Shown: positions 37,639-50,710, counted from the first letter of the stretch. The stretch is DNA of 64,000 nt from an uncultured Christensenellaceae bacterium (GCA_964391805.1 CAYMNK010000003.1:11362-75361), one strand, 5' to 3'. The notes: generated by a model from the sequence alone, not told the origin. Made by a program: numbers and translations.

Positions 37639-37924
37639 TGATTGAAATCTCCCTATAAAAATTTTTATTTTTTATTCTTTAATATGGGGCATATTTGCGA
37701 CAAGCAAAAAATACCTCTATACCTCAAGAACAATAATATTGTATAATATAATATTCTTTAAGTAAAGATTATAAGACTTTATTTAATCAAAATTTAATAA
37801 TTGAGAGTGCCTTTGATTGTAACATGAAAGCAGATACCGATACTTTGCGCTGTTTTTCGTCCGGAAGATTATATGTCATACTTTTCCCGTCCCGTCATTG
37901 CAACTGATGTTATGCTATGCATAA

Positions 37925-38263
37925 TGATGAATGATGTTGCCTTATGGCAAATGATGTATTGCTTCGCAATATTGTGGATAGATGTATATGTCATTCTGAG
38001 CGAATACGAAGTATGGAGTCGAACGGCGTAGTCGCACCGAACATAGTGAGGTGGAATCTTATTCCTTGTTAATATGGTTGTCGTTCAATCGACTGCACAT
38101 TACCGTCCGCAAGATACCAAATTGTTGCACAATTTGATTCTCACGTCGTTCGAATTTCGACTATGCTCAGTATGACGGCGGACGAATGAACTTTATGCCT
38201 CACATATGTCATCCTGAGTCTAGCGATAGCGGAATCGAAGGATCTTATTCCTTATTAATATGG
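37925..38263. repeat. Mosaic REP-like cluster
   Basis: GAATGATGTTGCCTTATGGCAAATGATG.. (reverse-orientation homologue of 3391-3438), then units matching 34982-35062, 35170-35275 and 33593-33640. Confidence 0.88.
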
Positions 38264-38378
38264 ATATGGCGATTACTAATCGCCGCTACAATTTTATAAT
38301 ATGTTATTGTCCTTTGTGTAAAAAGTGTGCACTCCAACATCATTTTTCATAAGGATTTTTAGATACCGACACTATATG

Positions 38379-39149
38379 TTATTCTTTAATTCTGGTATTT
38401 TCGGTGAAGGGTTTGCGAGAAGTACCCATTCCGAATTCGACATTGCAGAGAGTTAGCCCTATTACGCCTTTGGCTTTTCCTTTGAGAAGTGCCTTGGCGA
38501 CGTTATTCATAGTACTACCGGTGGTGTACACGTCGTCTATGACGAGTACACGCAGTCCCTTAAATGAGTCATCTATGGTAAAATATGCGTTTTCGGCGTT
38601 TTTCTTGCGTTCTGCGAAACTTTTGCCCAACTGTCTGCCTCTGCCCGGCTTTTTATATAATCCTTCGTTGTAAGGCACATTAAGTCTCTCCGACAGTTCC
38701 CGAGCGATAAGATCGCATTGATTATAACCTCGCTCACGTTTATGGACCTTAGTCATAGGAACGACGGCTATAACATCGAATTCGATATTTTCTTCTATAA
38801 TCTTATCAACATAAAAGGACGTTATGAAGGGTGCAAAATACTGCTTGTTTTTGAATTTAAAAGCAAGCATCACATCTTTGATAACGTCCTTATAGTAATA
38901 ACAGGAATAATTCCTTTCGAAGTAAATATGTTCTTGGTTGCAAACCGAGCAGTACTCTCCGTATCGGGTAGGTTTACCGCATTTCAAACAATGCATAGTG
39001 ATAGGCTTGATTCGTTTGGCACACTCTTCGCACAGTCCGTAACGCGGTGACGGTACGAAAAGGTCTCGTCCGCAATCAATACATGCGGAATCATTCGGAA
39101 ATATCCAATTGAAAAATTTACGAATCTTATCACCGAACTTAGTTTTCAT
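38379..39149 (-). CDS. comF: ComF family protein (zinc ribbon + phosphoribosyltransferase fold)
   Basis: CIDCG..CEEC..CLKCG..CSVC; RGYNQ; VLVIDDVYTTGST. Confidence 0.92.
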   Translation of the reverse strand: MKTKFGDKIRKFFNWIFPNDSACIDCGRDLFVPSPRYGLCEECAKRIKPITMHCLKCGKPTRYGEYCSVCNQEHIYFERNYSCYYYKDVIKDVMLAFKFKNKQYFAPFITSFYVDKIIEENIEFDVIAVVPMTKVHKRERGYNQCDLIARELSERLNVPYNEGLYKKPGRGRQLGKSFAERKKNAENAYFTIDDSFKGLRVLVIDDVYTTGSTMNNVAKALLKGKAKGVIGLTLCNVEFGMGTSRKPFTENTRIKE

Positions 39150-41349
39150 TACGATATTGATTAATAAACTCGACCAATGCGGTCATTCTTCTCTCGGTAT
39201 ATTTATTCTTAGCCATTTTTTCGTAAGTTTCTCTACCACCTATCAGTACCACCATATTTTTAGCACGCGTAACTGCGGTATACAATAGGTTTTTGGATAG
39301 AACCATCGGGTTATATCTCTCTACAACGAGTATTACGACCTTGAATTCGGATCCTTGCGATTTATGCACGCTGACGGCATAAGCCAAAGCGAGTTGATCG
39401 AGGTTCTCGGGGGGATATGAGGCAACTCTACCGTCTTCGAAACGAACTATTACGCGCATTTCGCCTTTATCGACGCTGACTATTTTACCGATATCTCCGT
39501 TAAACACCCCTTCACCGTTGGTGGAAGTATCGCCATCTATGCGTTCCCATAGAATATCATAATTGTTGCTAATTTGAATAACTCTATCGCCCTCACGGAA
39601 AACGGTTTGTCCGACCGTTATTTCCTTCTTGTTGAACGCAGGCGGATTGAGAGCCGACTGAAGTGCTTTATTAAGCGCTATGACGCCGATTTCGCCCTTT
39701 TTGAGGGGTGCAAGGACTTGGATATCATCGGGAGTGACATTTAGATAGTTAACTATCCTTTTGGTGCAAAATTGAATGGTATGCTCGAGCGCAACGCTTG
39801 GATCGGTTTGATAATCGAAGAAAAAGTCCGAACTGCGCTTATCGGGTTCGGGCATTACGCCCTTATTGATAAGGTGGGCATTGGTAACGATAAAACTATC
39901 CTCTGCTTGACGATAAATGTGGTTAAGTGCAATTACCGGCATCAAGTCCGACTGAATAATATCGGCAAGCACCGAACCCGCTCCGACAGAGGGAAGCTGA
40001 TCCTTATCGCCTACCAAAATAAGTTTGGAACTTCTCGGCATTGCCCTTAATAGCGCATTAAATATAAATTCGTCCGCCATAGAGACTTCGTCCACGATAT
40101 AAACATCTTGAGGTAAGGGATTGCGCTCGTTATATACAAACGTGGAATCCGAAGCCTTATTGAATTCGAGAAGTCTATGAATAGTGGCGGAGTTTCTACC
40201 TGTCGCCTCGCTCATACGCTTACTTGCCCTTCCAGTCGGGGCTGCAAGCGAATACGTTATACCCATTCTTTCAAGCAGATATATTATACACTTGATTATG
40301 GTTGTTTTACCTGTTCCCGGTCCGCCGGTGATGACAACAGCACCCGAATTTAGTGCCATAGATATTGCTTCCTTTTGGGTGAGGTGTAAGGTGATATCGT
40401 TTATCTTTTGATAGAACTCTATTTCTCTGTCGAAGTTAAGCGTAAGCGGTCTTGCCTCGTCCATAATAGTAACAAGTCTTTTCGCTATGCTATTTTCGAG
40501 ATTAAAATATTTGTCGAGCATCATCCCCGCCGATTTACCGGTATCGATACGCACGATTTCGTTAAGCGTTTCCATATCGGTTATGGCATCCTCTATAAGA
40601 GGCTTTTGCTCGTCGGTAAATCCCAATACCTTATTACACTCGGCAATTATTCTACCTATCGGCAAATAAGTGTGTCCGCTACGCGATGCAATTTCATCAA
40701 GGACATACCTAATACCCGCCTTGATTCTATTGACGCTCTCGTGCTCTATACCCATACTCGAGGCAATAATGTCGGCGGTTCTAAATCCTATGCCGTCCAC
40801 CTCGCCTACCATACGATAAGGGTTGGTTCTCACTATACTCTCGCTCAATACACCGTAAAGTTTATAGATTTTCATTGCCAAGTTTAAGCTGACGCCGTGC
40901 TTGGTCAAAAACATTATGGTATTTTGCATAGAGCGTAATTGCTCGAATTTGAGGAAAATTTCTTCCGATTTCTTAGCAGATATACCCCTAACCTCAGCCA
41001 ATCTCGACGGATTGTACTCTATAATATCGAAGGTATCTTTGCCGAATTTACGAACTATAGCGGTAGCGGTAATTTCGCCAATACCTTTAAATAATCCGCT
41101 TGAAAGGTATCTAATCATACCCTCTTCGTTGGTTGGGGGAACGACCACCACTTCGTTGACAACGAACTGCTCTCCGAATCGAGAATTAGTCTTATATTCA
41201 CCGATCAAGGTAACGTTTTCGCCCTCGGTTATCGGTGGAAAAATGCCCACGGCAGTTATTATTAATCCGTGGACATCTACTGCCAAAACGGTATAACCGT
41301 TCTCGGCATTTCTAAATACGATTCCTTCTACAGTTCCTTTTAATTCCAT
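39139..41349 (-). CDS. recD2: ATP-dependent RecD-like DNA helicase RecD2
   Basis: HhH KGIG, NPY, GGPGTGKTT, DEVSM, GDKDQLPSVG, AYAVSVHKSQGSE, YTAVTRAK; start ATG 41349. Confidence 0.95.
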   Translation of the reverse strand: MELKGTVEGIVFRNAENGYTVLAVDVHGLIITAVGIFPPITEGENVTLIGEYKTNSRFGEQFVVNEVVVVPPTNEEGMIRYLSSGLFKGIGEITATAIVRKFGKDTFDIIEYNPSRLAEVRGISAKKSEEIFLKFEQLRSMQNTIMFLTKHGVSLNLAMKIYKLYGVLSESIVRTNPYRMVGEVDGIGFRTADIIASSMGIEHESVNRIKAGIRYVLDEIASRSGHTYLPIGRIIAECNKVLGFTDEQKPLIEDAITDMETLNEIVRIDTGKSAGMMLDKYFNLENSIAKRLVTIMDEARPLTLNFDREIEFYQKINDITLHLTQKEAISMALNSGAVVITGGPGTGKTTIIKCIIYLLERMGITYSLAAPTGRASKRMSEATGRNSATIHRLLEFNKASDSTFVYNERNPLPQDVYIVDEVSMADEFIFNALLRAMPRSSKLILVGDKDQLPSVGAGSVLADIIQSDLMPVIALNHIYRQAEDSFIVTNAHLINKGVMPEPDKRSSDFFFDYQTDPSVALEHTIQFCTKRIVNYLNVTPDDIQVLAPLKKGEIGVIALNKALQSALNPPAFNKKEITVGQTVFREGDRVIQISNNYDILWERIDGDTSTNGEGVFNGDIGKIVSVDKGEMRVIVRFEDGRVASYPPENLDQLALAYAVSVHKSQGSEFKVVILVVERYNPMVLSKNLLYTAVTRAKNMVVLIGGRETYEKMAKNKYTERRMTALVEFINQYRNEN

Positions 41350-41356
41350 TCGTTTA

Positions 41357-42541
41357 TTAAATATTGGCTTGCTTTTTGAGTTCGTCTGCCTTATCGGTAC
41401 GCTCCCAAGCAAGGTCGCCTTTACCGAAGTGACCGTAATTGGTTGTTCTCTTATATATAGGTGCTCTCAATCCGAGGTTATCGATAATTGCGCCCGGACG
41501 GAAATCGAATACCTTAGCGCAAATCTCTTCCAACTTAGAATCGGCTAAAACACCTGTTCCGAAGGTGGATATTCTCAAGGATATGGGCTTCGCTACACCT
41601 ATAGCATAGCTTACTTCGAGCATTACACGCTCTGCAAGTCCCGATGCAACGATATTTTTACATACGTATCTTGCATAATAAGACGCACTGCGGTCAACCT
41701 TAGTAGGATCTTTACCCGAAAAAGCACCACCGCCATGGGGACAATATCCGCCATAGGTGTCTACAACGATTTTTCTACCCGTCAAACCACTATCGCCGTT
41801 AGGTCCGCCAATAACGAATCTACCGGTGGGATTTACAAATATTCTGGTATCGGCATCGAGTAAATCATTAGGTATAGCCTTCTTGATCACCTTTTCGATA
41901 ACTGTACGCTCTATTTCGTCATGCTCTACATCGGCAGAGTGCTGAGTAGATACAACGACTGTGTGTACTCTGACAGGCTTATTATTCTCGTCGTATTCTA
42001 CCGTAACTTGAGCCTTCCCATCGGGACGAAGCCACTCAATCTCGCCCGATTTACGAGCTGAGGTCAAGGTTGCAGTCAAACGATGAGCCAATGTGATAGG
42101 TAACGGCATCAAATCTTCGGTTTCGTTGCACGCATAACCGTACATCATACCTTGATCGCCTGCTCCTATAAGGTCATAACGAGATTGGTCACCCGTTTTT
42201 GCCTCCTGACTCATATCAACGCCCATAGCGATATCGGCAGATTGAGAATGGATCTTATTGATAATTTGGCAATTGAAATCGAATCCGATATCTTGTTCAG
42301 TATATCCAATATCCTTGATAGTATTGCGGATAACATTCTCGACATCGATTTTCGCGTTACTCGTAATCTCACCCATTACCATTACGGTATTGGTAGTAGC
42401 ACAAGTTTCACAAGCACATCTCGAATTGACGTCCTGCTTCAATAATTCGTCCAACACTGCATCCGAAATACTGTCGCAGACCTTGTCGGGATGTCCTTCG
42501 GTAACGCTTTCGCTTGTAAATAATCTATTTTTTCTTTCCAT
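41357..42541 (-). CDS. metK: S-adenosylmethionine synthetase
   Basis: [35 protein letters not shown]; start ATG 42541. Confidence 0.97.
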   Translation of the reverse strand: MERKNRLFTSESVTEGHPDKVCDSISDAVLDELLKQDVNSRCACETCATTNTVMVMGEITSNAKIDVENVIRNTIKDIGYTEQDIGFDFNCQIINKIHSQSADIAMGVDMSQEAKTGDQSRYDLIGAGDQGMMYGYACNETEDLMPLPITLAHRLTATLTSARKSGEIEWLRPDGKAQVTVEYDENNKPVRVHTVVVSTQHSADVEHDEIERTVIEKVIKKAIPNDLLDADTRIFVNPTGRFVIGGPNGDSGLTGRKIVVDTYGGYCPHGGGAFSGKDPTKVDRSASYYARYVCKNIVASGLAERVMLEVSYAIGVAKPISLRISTFGTGVLADSKLEEICAKVFDFRPGAIIDNLGLRAPIYKRTTNYGHFGKGDLAWERTDKADELKKQANI

Positions 42542-42567
42542 TGTATAATTTACCTTTATAAAATATT

Positions 42568-42598
42568 GCTTTGCATAAGGGGTTACCTTATGCAAAGC
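42568..42598 (-). terminator. 13-bp hairpin between rpoC and metK
   Basis: Perfect inverted repeat GCTTTGCATAAGG-GGTTA-CCTTATGCAAAGC; weak U tract. Confidence 0.6.
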
Positions 42599-42605
42599 CC
42601 ATTAA

Positions 42606-45600
42606 TTAGTTTTCTTCGTCCTCGATATCGGGGATATCTAAGGGCGCTTCTTGAATCTTACTGATAGGTAAAACGTTAACGGTATTGTAACGCTTTAAGC
42701 CTGTACCTACAGGGATAAGTTTACCGAGTAAGATGTTCTCCTTAGGTCCGCGTAGAGGATCCTCTTTACCCTTGATAGCTGCATCGGTAAGAACTCTGGT
42801 CGTTTCTTGGAAGGATGCTGCCGACAAGAAGGATTCACTTGCCAAACTTGCCTTGGTGATACCTAAGATGGTTCTCTTAACCATAGCGGGAACACCGCCG
42901 TTTTCGAGAACCTTTCTATTGATCTCGTTGTACTTAGCCTCGTCAATCAATTCGCCCGGTAGTAACTCGGTGTCGCCCGGATTTTCAACACGGACTTTAC
43001 GGAGCATTTGACGGATGATGATTTCGATATGCTTATCGTTGATAGCAACACCTGCAGTTGAGTAAGCTTTTAGAACTTCCTTGATCAAGTAATCTTGTAC
43101 GCCCTTCAAGCCCTTAACTTGTAACAATTCCTTAAGTTTGATGGAACCGTTGGTGAGCTGAGTACCTGCCTCGACAAACTGACCGTTGGAAACCAAAACC
43201 TTAGCATTATAAGGAGGTTGATATTCGCAAGGATTTCCACCGTCCTTAGGTGTGATGGTGATGGTTACGTGCTTTTCGGTTTCGGTGAGTGAAACGATAC
43301 CGGCAATGGTAGCAATGATAGCTTCCGCCTTGCTGTTACGGCACTCGAACAACTCTTGTACACGAGGAAGACCTGTGGTAATATCGTCTGCGCCCGCAAC
43401 ACCGCCGGTGTGGAATGTACGCATGGTGAGCTGAGTACCGGGTTCACCGATGGACTGTGCAGCAATTAAGCCGACGCCTTCACCGATCTTAACGAGGTTA
43501 CCGCTACCCATGTTAGCACCGTAACACTTAGCACATACACCGTAAGGATGCTTACAAGCAAGCACGCTTCTAATATTAACCTTTTCGATTCCACAGTTTT
43601 CGATTTCCTTAGCTTGATCTAAAGTAATCATGGAATCTGCAGGAACGATTACTTCGCCTGTCTCCGGATTACAGATAGGTTTAATGGAATAACGACCGAT
43701 AATTCTATCCTTCAATGCTTCGATTGTAGAATCTCTTGCACCGGTGATTCTCTCAACAACTACACCCTTGGTGTCACCGCAGTCGGTTTCCATAACGATG
43801 ATAGGTTGAGCAACTTCTACAAGACGTCTGGTAAGGTAACCGGATTCTGCAGTCTTAAGAGCGGTATCCGCCAAACCTTTACGTCCGCCGTGTGACGAAA
43901 TGAAGTACTCTAATGCGTTCAAGCCCTCTCTGAAGTTGGACTTAACAGGTAACTCGATGGTTTTACCCGAAGGATCCTTCATCAAGCCACGCATACCGGA
44001 CAACTGTCTTGCCTGTTCGATACTACCACGAGCACCGGAGTCCATCATCATCTTGATGTTGTTGAACTTATCCATTGTGTCGTTAAGCATCGCTTTAATA
44101 TCATCGGTTACGTCGGACCAAATCTTGATGACCTTAGCTTCTCTCTCTTCATCGGTAATCATACCTCTGTCGTAGTTTCTTTGTTGCTTAGCAACTTGAG
44201 CTTCGGCTTCTTGAATCTTGGATGCTTTTTCGGCAGGTATCGTCATATCGAATACACTGGTCGTCAAAGCACCGATGGTGGAATACTTATAACCTTGAGC
44301 CTTGATCTTATCAAGAACTTCGGCTGTAATTGTAGATCCCTTATACTTATAGCAGTGGTCAACAATTTGTTGTAATTGTTTCTTACCTACTAAGAAGTCG
44401 ATTTCGAGATCGAGCATTTGCTCGGGAGTCTCACGAGGTACAAAATTGATATCTTGAGGAATTGCCTCGTTAAAGATCAATCTACCGACTGTGGTCTTGA
44501 TGAACTTACTGTATACCTTACCGTCGATTTCCTTGGAAACACGAACTTTGATGAGACTTTGTAAGTCGATTTGCTTACATTGATATGCCATCTTAGCTTC
44601 TTCGACAGACATAAATGCTCTCTCGGTACGACGACGATATTCGAGTTCGGATTCGCCCTCTTGTTTAGGAGCATAAGGCTTAACGATTGTCAAATAGTAG
44701 CTACCTAATACCATGTCCTGTGTAGGAGAAACGATAGGCTTACCGTCCGAAAGCTTAAGGATGTTATTGGTGGACAACATCAAGAATCTTGCTTCGGTTT
44801 GTGCCTCGATGCTCAAAGGAAGGTGAACTGCCATCTGGTCACCGTCGAAGTCTGCGTTGAACGCAGTACATGCCAGAGGGTGAAGTTTTAATGCTCTACC
44901 TTCAACCAATACAGGCTCGAATGCTTGGATACCCAATCTGTGAAGAGTAGGAGCACGGTTCAATAATACGGGATGATCTTTGATTACGTCATCCAATATA
45001 TCCCATACTTCGGGACGAGCACGGTCTACATAACGCTTAGCATTACGGATATTGGTGCACTTACCACGCTCTACAAGTTCTCTCATAATGAAAGGCTTGA
45101 AAAGTTCGAGTGCCATTTCCTTAGGAAGACCGCATTGATATAACTTAAGTTCAGGACCTACTACGATAACCGAACGACCGGAATAGTCTACACGCTTACC
45201 GAGAAGGTTTTGACGGAAACGACCTTGCTTACCGCGAAGCATAGCGGTCAACGACTTAAGTTCGTGAGATCTGCTGGATGCGGCTGTTTTAGCACGCTTA
45301 GCATTATCGATAAGGTTGTCGACTGCAACTTGAAGCATACGCTTCTCATTACGAATCATTGCATCTACACCGTTGGATTCCATAAAGTTCTTTAAACGGT
45401 TATTGCGGTTAACGACATAACGATACAAATCGTTAAGGTCGCTCGATGCATATCTACCGCCCTCCAACGGTACCATAGGACGAAGATCGGGAGGTAATAC
45501 GGGAAGTACGTCCAAAATCATCCATTCGGGCTTACTGCCTGTATTTTTGAAGGCTTGAAGTACGTCCAAGCGCTTAGCCATCTTCATTCTCTTGGGAGCG

Positions 45601-46223
45601 TTTTCGTTATCCTTCTTGGAATTTTGGTCCTTGAGGATTTCGGCTCTTAATGTAGCAATTTCGGAATCGAGATCGACTTCCATCAATAATTGCTTAATTA
45701 CCTCTGCACCCATTCCGCACTTGAAGGAATCCTCGCCGTACTTTTCGATAGCAGCAGTATAATCTACATCGTTGAGTACTTGCTTATAGGACAACTCGGT
45801 TTGCATAGGATCGGTTACAACGTATGCTGCATAGTATACGATGTGTTCTACATCCTTAGGTGGCATATCGAGTACGGTAGCGATACGGCTGGGAGCGCCC
45901 TTTAGATACCAAAGGTGCGCTACAGGTGCTGCAAGATTGATGTGACCCATATTGTCACGTCTTACCTTGGAAGGCTCAACCTTTACACCGCACTTATCGC
46001 AAACTACGCCCTTGTGACGAATACGGGTATATTTACCGCACGCACAAGCCCAGTCCTTGATAGGTCCGAAAATCTTTTGACAGAACAAACCACCCGGTTC
46101 GGGCTTTTGAGTTCTGTAATTTATAGTTTCAGGCTTGGTAACCTCGCCGTGAGACCACGAACGGATCTTTTCTGGCGAAGCTAAACCTATTTTAATTGAT
46201 TCAAAGTTATTAATTTCAAACAT
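42606..46223 (-). CDS. rpoC: RNA polymerase beta' subunit
   Basis: [32 protein letters not shown]. Confidence 0.99.
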   Translation of the reverse strand: MFEINNFESIKIGLASPEKIRSWSHGEVTKPETINYRTQKPEPGGLFCQKIFGPIKDWACACGKYTRIRHKGVVCDKCGVKVEPSKVRRDNMGHINLAAPVAHLWYLKGAPSRIATVLDMPPKDVEHIVYYAAYVVTDPMQTELSYKQVLNDVDYTAAIEKYGEDSFKCGMGAEVIKQLLMEVDLDSEIATLRAEILKDQNSKKDNENAPKRMKMAKRLDVLQAFKNTGSKPEWMILDVLPVLPPDLRPMVPLEGGRYASSDLNDLYRYVVNRNNRLKNFMESNGVDAMIRNEKRMLQVAVDNLIDNAKRAKTAASSRSHELKSLTAMLRGKQGRFRQNLLGKRVDYSGRSVIVVGPELKLYQCGLPKEMALELFKPFIMRELVERGKCTNIRNAKRYVDRARPEVWDILDDVIKDHPVLLNRAPTLHRLGIQAFEPVLVEGRALKLHPLACTAFNADFDGDQMAVHLPLSIEAQTEARFLMLSTNNILKLSDGKPIVSPTQDMVLGSYYLTIVKPYAPKQEGESELEYRRRTERAFMSVEEAKMAYQCKQIDLQSLIKVRVSKEIDGKVYSKFIKTTVGRLIFNEAIPQDINFVPRETPEQMLDLEIDFLVGKKQLQQIVDHCYKYKGSTITAEVLDKIKAQGYKYSTIGALTTSVFDMTIPAEKASKIQEAEAQVAKQQRNYDRGMITDEEREAKVIKIWSDVTDDIKAMLNDTMDKFNNIKMMMDSGARGSIEQARQLSGMRGLMKDPSGKTIELPVKSNFREGLNALEYFISSHGGRKGLADTALKTAESGYLTRRLVEVAQPIIVMETDCGDTKGVVVERITGARDSTIEALKDRIIGRYSIKPICNPETGEVIVPADSMITLDQAKEIENCGIEKVNIRSVLACKHPYGVCAKCYGANMGSGNLVKIGEGVGLIAAQSIGEPGTQLTMRTFHTGGVAGADDITTGLPRVQELFECRNSKAEAIIATIAGIVSLTETEKHVTITITPKDGGNPCEYQPPYNAKVLVSNGQFVEAGTQLTNGSIKLKELLQVKGLKGVQDYLIKEVLKAYSTAGVAINDKHIEIIIRQMLRKVRVENPGDTELLPGELIDEAKYNEINRKVLENGGVPAMVKRTILGITKASLASESFLSAASFQETTRVLTDAAIKGKEDPLRGPKENILLGKLIPVGTGLKRYNTVNVLPISKIQEAPLDIPDIEDEEN

Positions 46224-46255
46224 TTTACTGCCTCCAAATACTCTAAGCTAACCCG

Positions 46256-49200
46256 TTAGTTGTTATCATCGTCGCCGAATAAACCGCTCGTATCGAAGAT
46301 GTTGTCATCATCGTCATACATGAGTTCTTCAGTTAACGGTTGGATAGTATCTTCACCGCCGAATATGCTGTCGAGAGCAATATCGTTGGTCTCCTTGGGC
46401 TCTTCATCACCGTATGCATCGTCGTGAACGAAATCGGGGATTTCCTGATTGTTCTCGTCAACGGGATAAATATTCAAGCACAAGCTACGCATTTCGCGAA
46501 CCAATACTCTGAAGGATTCGGGAATACCCGGCTCGCTGATGTTTTGTCCCTTGGTGATGCTTGCATAAGCTCTTTCTCTACCGCTTACGTCGTCCGATTT
46601 GACTGTGAGCATTTCTTGTAGTACGTTAGCAGCGCCGTATGCCTCGATTGCCCAAACTTCCATTTCACCGAGACGCTGTCCGCCGAACTTGGCTTTACCG
46701 CCGAGAGGTTGTTGGGTAATGAGTGAATACGAACCGGTACTTCTTGCGTGAATCTTATCATCAACCAAGTGGATAAGTTTGAGCATATACATGTAACCGA
46801 CTGTGGTTCTGTTTTCGAAAGGCTCACCAGTTCTGCCGTCGTAAAGTTGAAGTTTACCGTCTGCAGGTAGGTTATTGTCTTCTAATAATTGTCTGATTTC
46901 CGATTCCTTAGCACCGTCGAATACAGGGGTTGCTATGTTGATACCGATCTTCTTACAAGCAAGCGCTAAGTGCACTTCGAGAACCTGACCGATATTCATA
47001 CGGCTCGGAACACCTAACGGATTCAATACGATTTGTAATGAAGTACCGTCGGGAAGGAAGGGCATATCCATCTTGGGAAGAACTCTCGATACAACACCCT
47101 TGTTACCGTGTCTACCTGCCATCTTATCGCCTACGCCGAGTTTTCTCTTTTGAGCGATGTAGACTCTGACAAGCATCTTACTGTTAGTGTTGAGGTCTGC
47201 CTTATTCTCTTTGGTGAATACTTGAACTTCGGTTACGATACCGTGTTCGCCGTGAGGAACTACCAACGATACGTCACGAACGTCTCTTGCCTTCTCACCG
47301 AAGATGGATCTCATAAGTCTTTCTTCGGGTGATAGTTCGGTTTCGCCCTTAGGAGCAACCTTACCTACTAAGATGTCGCCCGAGTGAACTTCTGCACCTA
47401 CTCTGATGATACCGTTCTCGTCGAGGTCCTTGAGCATATCTTCACCACGGTTAGGAATGTCACGAGTGATTTCTTCGTCGCCGAGTTTAGTGTTACGAGC
47501 TTCTGTTTCGTAAATGCTGATGTGGATTGAAGTAAAGACGTCTTCGCGGGATAATTCTTCACTGATAAGGATAGCGTCCTCGTAGTTGTAACCTTCCCAT
47601 GTCATGAAGCCGATAAGAATGTTTCTACCTAATGCCAATTCACCGTTTTTGGTGGAAGGTCCGTCAGCTAAGCCGTCGCCCTTCTTGACACGTTGACCAA
47701 CCTCTACCATGGGGCGTTGGTTAACGCAGGTTTCGTGGTTGGAACGCTCGAATTTATGCAATTGATAGGTCTTAATCTCGCCGTTGTCGCCTTCTACGGT
47801 GATGTAGTCGGCAGATACGTGTGTTACCAATCCGTCAAACTCGGAAAGAATCATTACGCCCGAGTCGGTTGCGATCTTATGCTCGATACCTGTAGCAACG
47901 ATAGGTGCTTCGGGGCGGATGAGAGGAACTGCCTGTCTCTGCATGTTCGAACCCATCAACGCACGGTTGGCGTCATCGTTCTCAAGGAACGGAATAAGGG
48001 AAGCTGCTACCGATACAAGTTGCTTAGGAGATACGTCCAAATAATCAACCTTATCAGCGGGTACGTTACGGATATCTTCACGAATACGAGCAGCAACTAC
48101 CGAATTTTTGAGTCTGCCGTTTTCGTCCAAAGGCTCGATGCTTTGAGCGATGATGTAATTATCTTCTTCGTCGGCGGTCATGTAAACGATTTCGTCGGTT
48201 ACAATGCCTGTTGCTTTATCGATCTTACGGTAAGGAGTTTCGATGAATCCGTACTCGTTTACTCTTGCATATGTTGCCAAAGAAGAAACCAAACCGATGT
48301 TTTGTCCTTCAGGGGTTTCGATGGGACAAAGTCTACCGTAGTGAGAGTGGTGAACGTCTCTTACTTCTACGCCTGCACGCTCTCTATTCAAACCGCCGGG
48401 ACCTAATGCGGACAATCTTCTCTTATGAGTCAATTCCGCAATGGGGTTCTGTTGATCCATGAATTGGCTCAATTGGTTGGTATTGAAGAACTCTCTTACC
48501 TTACTAACGACGGGCTTAACGTTGATAAACTTACTGATTTCGGCGTTATCGGAGGTATTTGTGTTCATCTTCTCGAGGATTTGACGTTCCATATTTTGGA
48601 AACCTTTACGAACCTCGATTTGTAGCAATTCGCCAACCGCGCGGATTCTTCTGTTGCTCAAGTGGTCGATATTATCGGTGGTTCCTAAGCCGTGACGAAT
48701 CGCGATATTATAGTTAACGATGGAAACGATGTCGTCAAATTTGATTTGTCTGCAAACCAATCTGTTGACGTTATCACGAACTGCTTGAAGCTTTTCTTCT
48801 TCGGTGGTCAATCCGTTCCAAATCTCCATAAGAGTGGGATAGTGAACCATTTCTAAAATACCGAGGTCGGCAGGATCACAAGAAACGAATGCAGCGAGAT
48901 CTACATGGTTGTTACCGATGATCTTAACGGTTTCGCCGTCACCGGTTCCGTTGTCGTTCTTAGCAATTACGTATGCCTCGTTTACACCGCTATTTTGAAT
49001 AGCCTTAGCTTGTTCTAAGCTGAGTCTGTCACCCTTACAAGCAAGAATTTCACCTGTCTCGGGGTTGACGATATCGGCAGCCAAAGTCTTATCGGCAATA
49101 CGAGAAGCAATAGATAATTTCTTATTATATTTATTACGGCCTACTCTGGATAGGTCATAACGCTTCTTATCATAGAAGATCGAAGGAATGTGTGCGTTAA

Positions 49201-49981
49201 CGCCCTCAACCGTGATAACTTCACCGTTACGGATGTTACGATATAACTCGGTCTTAGCAAATGTGAGATCGCGAACAGCTTCGCTATCCTTAGCCATTGT
49301 CTTAACCAAAACTTCTTCGTTACCGAAAGTGTCGAGAATTTCTTTATCCTCAACCATGCCCAATGCACGTAGTAAAAGGGTAACCGTGATTTTCTTCTTA
49401 CGGTCAACGTGAACGTACATGATATTATCGGAATTGTGTTCGAACTCCAACCAAGCACCGTTCTTAGGAATTACGGTAGAAGTAAAGCAAGGATCGCCGT
49501 TTTTATCTAAAACCTTATCAAGATAAACGCCCGGGCTTCTAACAAGTTGGCTTACGATTACGCGCTCTGCACCGTTGATGATGAAAGAACCGGTATCGGT
49601 CATGAGAGGGAAGTCGCCCATGTAGACTTCTTTACTCAAAACGGTATCGCCCTTTTCGCGCAGAGTCAACTTAACCTCAACCTTTAAAGGAGCGCTGTAG
49701 GTCGTCACAAACTTACATTTACAATCACGTGCGGAGTATTTGGGAGCATCGAAATGGAAATCACCGAATTCCAATACAAAACGCTCTTGACCACCGCCGG
49801 TAGCTTTGTGAACGATAGGAGAAAACTCGTCGAGAATCTCACGAATACCTTCATTCATGAATCTCTTATACGAGCTCTTTTGCAACTCCATTAAATAAGG
49901 CAAATCCAAAACGTCTTTGGTCTTACTGAAGCTATAACGCTCGGTATTGCCATACATTACTTTGTGCATCATTTCAGACAT
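46256..49981 (-). CDS. rpoB: RNA polymerase beta subunit
   Basis: [29 protein letters not shown]; start ATG 49981 after GGAGG. Confidence 0.99.
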   Translation of the reverse strand: MSEMMHKVMYGNTERYSFSKTKDVLDLPYLMELQKSSYKRFMNEGIREILDEFSPIVHKATGGGQERFVLEFGDFHFDAPKYSARDCKCKFVTTYSAPLKVEVKLTLREKGDTVLSKEVYMGDFPLMTDTGSFIINGAERVIVSQLVRSPGVYLDKVLDKNGDPCFTSTVIPKNGAWLEFEHNSDNIMYVHVDRKKKITVTLLLRALGMVEDKEILDTFGNEEVLVKTMAKDSEAVRDLTFAKTELYRNIRNGEVITVEGVNAHIPSIFYDKKRYDLSRVGRNKYNKKLSIASRIADKTLAADIVNPETGEILACKGDRLSLEQAKAIQNSGVNEAYVIAKNDNGTGDGETVKIIGNNHVDLAAFVSCDPADLGILEMVHYPTLMEIWNGLTTEEEKLQAVRDNVNRLVCRQIKFDDIVSIVNYNIAIRHGLGTTDNIDHLSNRRIRAVGELLQIEVRKGFQNMERQILEKMNTNTSDNAEISKFINVKPVVSKVREFFNTNQLSQFMDQQNPIAELTHKRRLSALGPGGLNRERAGVEVRDVHHSHYGRLCPIETPEGQNIGLVSSLATYARVNEYGFIETPYRKIDKATGIVTDEIVYMTADEEDNYIIAQSIEPLDENGRLKNSVVAARIREDIRNVPADKVDYLDVSPKQLVSVAASLIPFLENDDANRALMGSNMQRQAVPLIRPEAPIVATGIEHKIATDSGVMILSEFDGLVTHVSADYITVEGDNGEIKTYQLHKFERSNHETCVNQRPMVEVGQRVKKGDGLADGPSTKNGELALGRNILIGFMTWEGYNYEDAILISEELSREDVFTSIHISIYETEARNTKLGDEEITRDIPNRGEDMLKDLDENGIIRVGAEVHSGDILVGKVAPKGETELSPEERLMRSIFGEKARDVRDVSLVVPHGEHGIVTEVQVFTKENKADLNTNSKMLVRVYIAQKRKLGVGDKMAGRHGNKGVVSRVLPKMDMPFLPDGTSLQIVLNPLGVPSRMNIGQVLEVHLALACKKIGINIATPVFDGAKESEIRQLLEDNNLPADGKLQLYDGRTGEPFENRTTVGYMYMLKLIHLVDDKIHARSTGSYSLITQQPLGGKAKFGGQRLGEMEVWAIEAYGAANVLQEMLTVKSDDVSGRERAYASITKGQNISEPGIPESFRVLVREMRSLCLNIYPVDENNQEIPDFVHDDAYGDEEPKETNDIALDSIFGGEDTIQPLTEELMYDDDDNIFDTSGLFGDDDNN

Positions 49982-50185
49982 TGTATTTATTCCTCCGAAA
50001 TTTGGGTACCAGCCCAAAAATTATTACTGTAGTTAAATTACCAACCGACCAAACTAAATTCTATTCGATTGGCGGAATAGAATGCGTTTTTGTGAGTTAT
50101 ATTGCACATTTTAGGTATAGAAATCAGTCAAAATTCATATTTCGTCCGCTCTAACCCTATTATAGGCTATAATAACACAGTATAG

Positions 50186-50215
50186 ATTATAAACCCTTAG
50201 GGAAAGCATTGTCAA
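50186..50215 (-). promoter_or_regulatory. sigma-A promoter of rpoBC
   Basis: Minus strand TTGACA-N18-TATAAT about 200 nt upstream of rpoB. Confidence 0.75.
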
Positions 50216-50319
50216 TGGTATAAAATGCAAATATTTTTTATAAAATTTTGATTAAGTTATAGATAATTTTTGAATAATTTTTTTCAATTGAGCGGTTTGA
50301 GTAAATGAACTATGATTAG

Positions 50320-50702
50320 TCCGCCGTCACACTTAGCGTAGTCAAAATCCGAGTACAACGAGGATCAAACAACTTAGGAGTTTGGTATCTTGCGGACAAT
50401 AACAATAAGTTTTAGTTATTTTATCCGCTTTTTTATGGATTTAGATTCCGATGCTTAGCATCGCCCTATCGGGTTCGACTACGCTTACGCTCCGCTCAGA
50501 ATGACATATATAGTAGGCATATTCATAAAACGAATAATCTCTTTTTTGACTATCTTTTTGTAATTTAAATTCTTTGGTAATTTATCATACCACATTCCTT
50601 CCGCTCGGTGTGACATATATATGATATATTGATTGCTTTTACAAGAAAGTTAGTCAATTCGACATACTGAGTGGAAAACGTAGTTTGGAGTCGAAATCCG
50701 AA
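50320..50702. repeat. Mosaic REP-like cluster
   Basis: 50320-50435 closely matches 27065-27180; 50437-50506 unit ends CGCTCAGAATGAC; degenerate unit at 50661-50700. Confidence 0.85.
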
Positions 50703-50710
50703 TTATAAGG

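Noticed and set aside
37640-37920. c-di-GMP or other riboswitch upstream of the SipW/pilin operon
   Set aside because: Only an isolated GCGCAAAG is present; I could not find the paired stems and conserved motifs of either c-di-GMP class.
48395-48495. Rifampicin-resistance substitutions in RpoB cluster I
   Set aside because: The key residues (Q, D, H, S in QLSQFMDQ...HKRRLS) are wild-type; the other differences look like ordinary lineage variation.
42733-49458. Many antisense or alternate-frame ORFs inside rpoB/rpoC (e.g. 47693-48406, 237 aa) and other genes
   Set aside because: Shadow ORFs caused by codon bias on the coding strand; no motifs or RBS.
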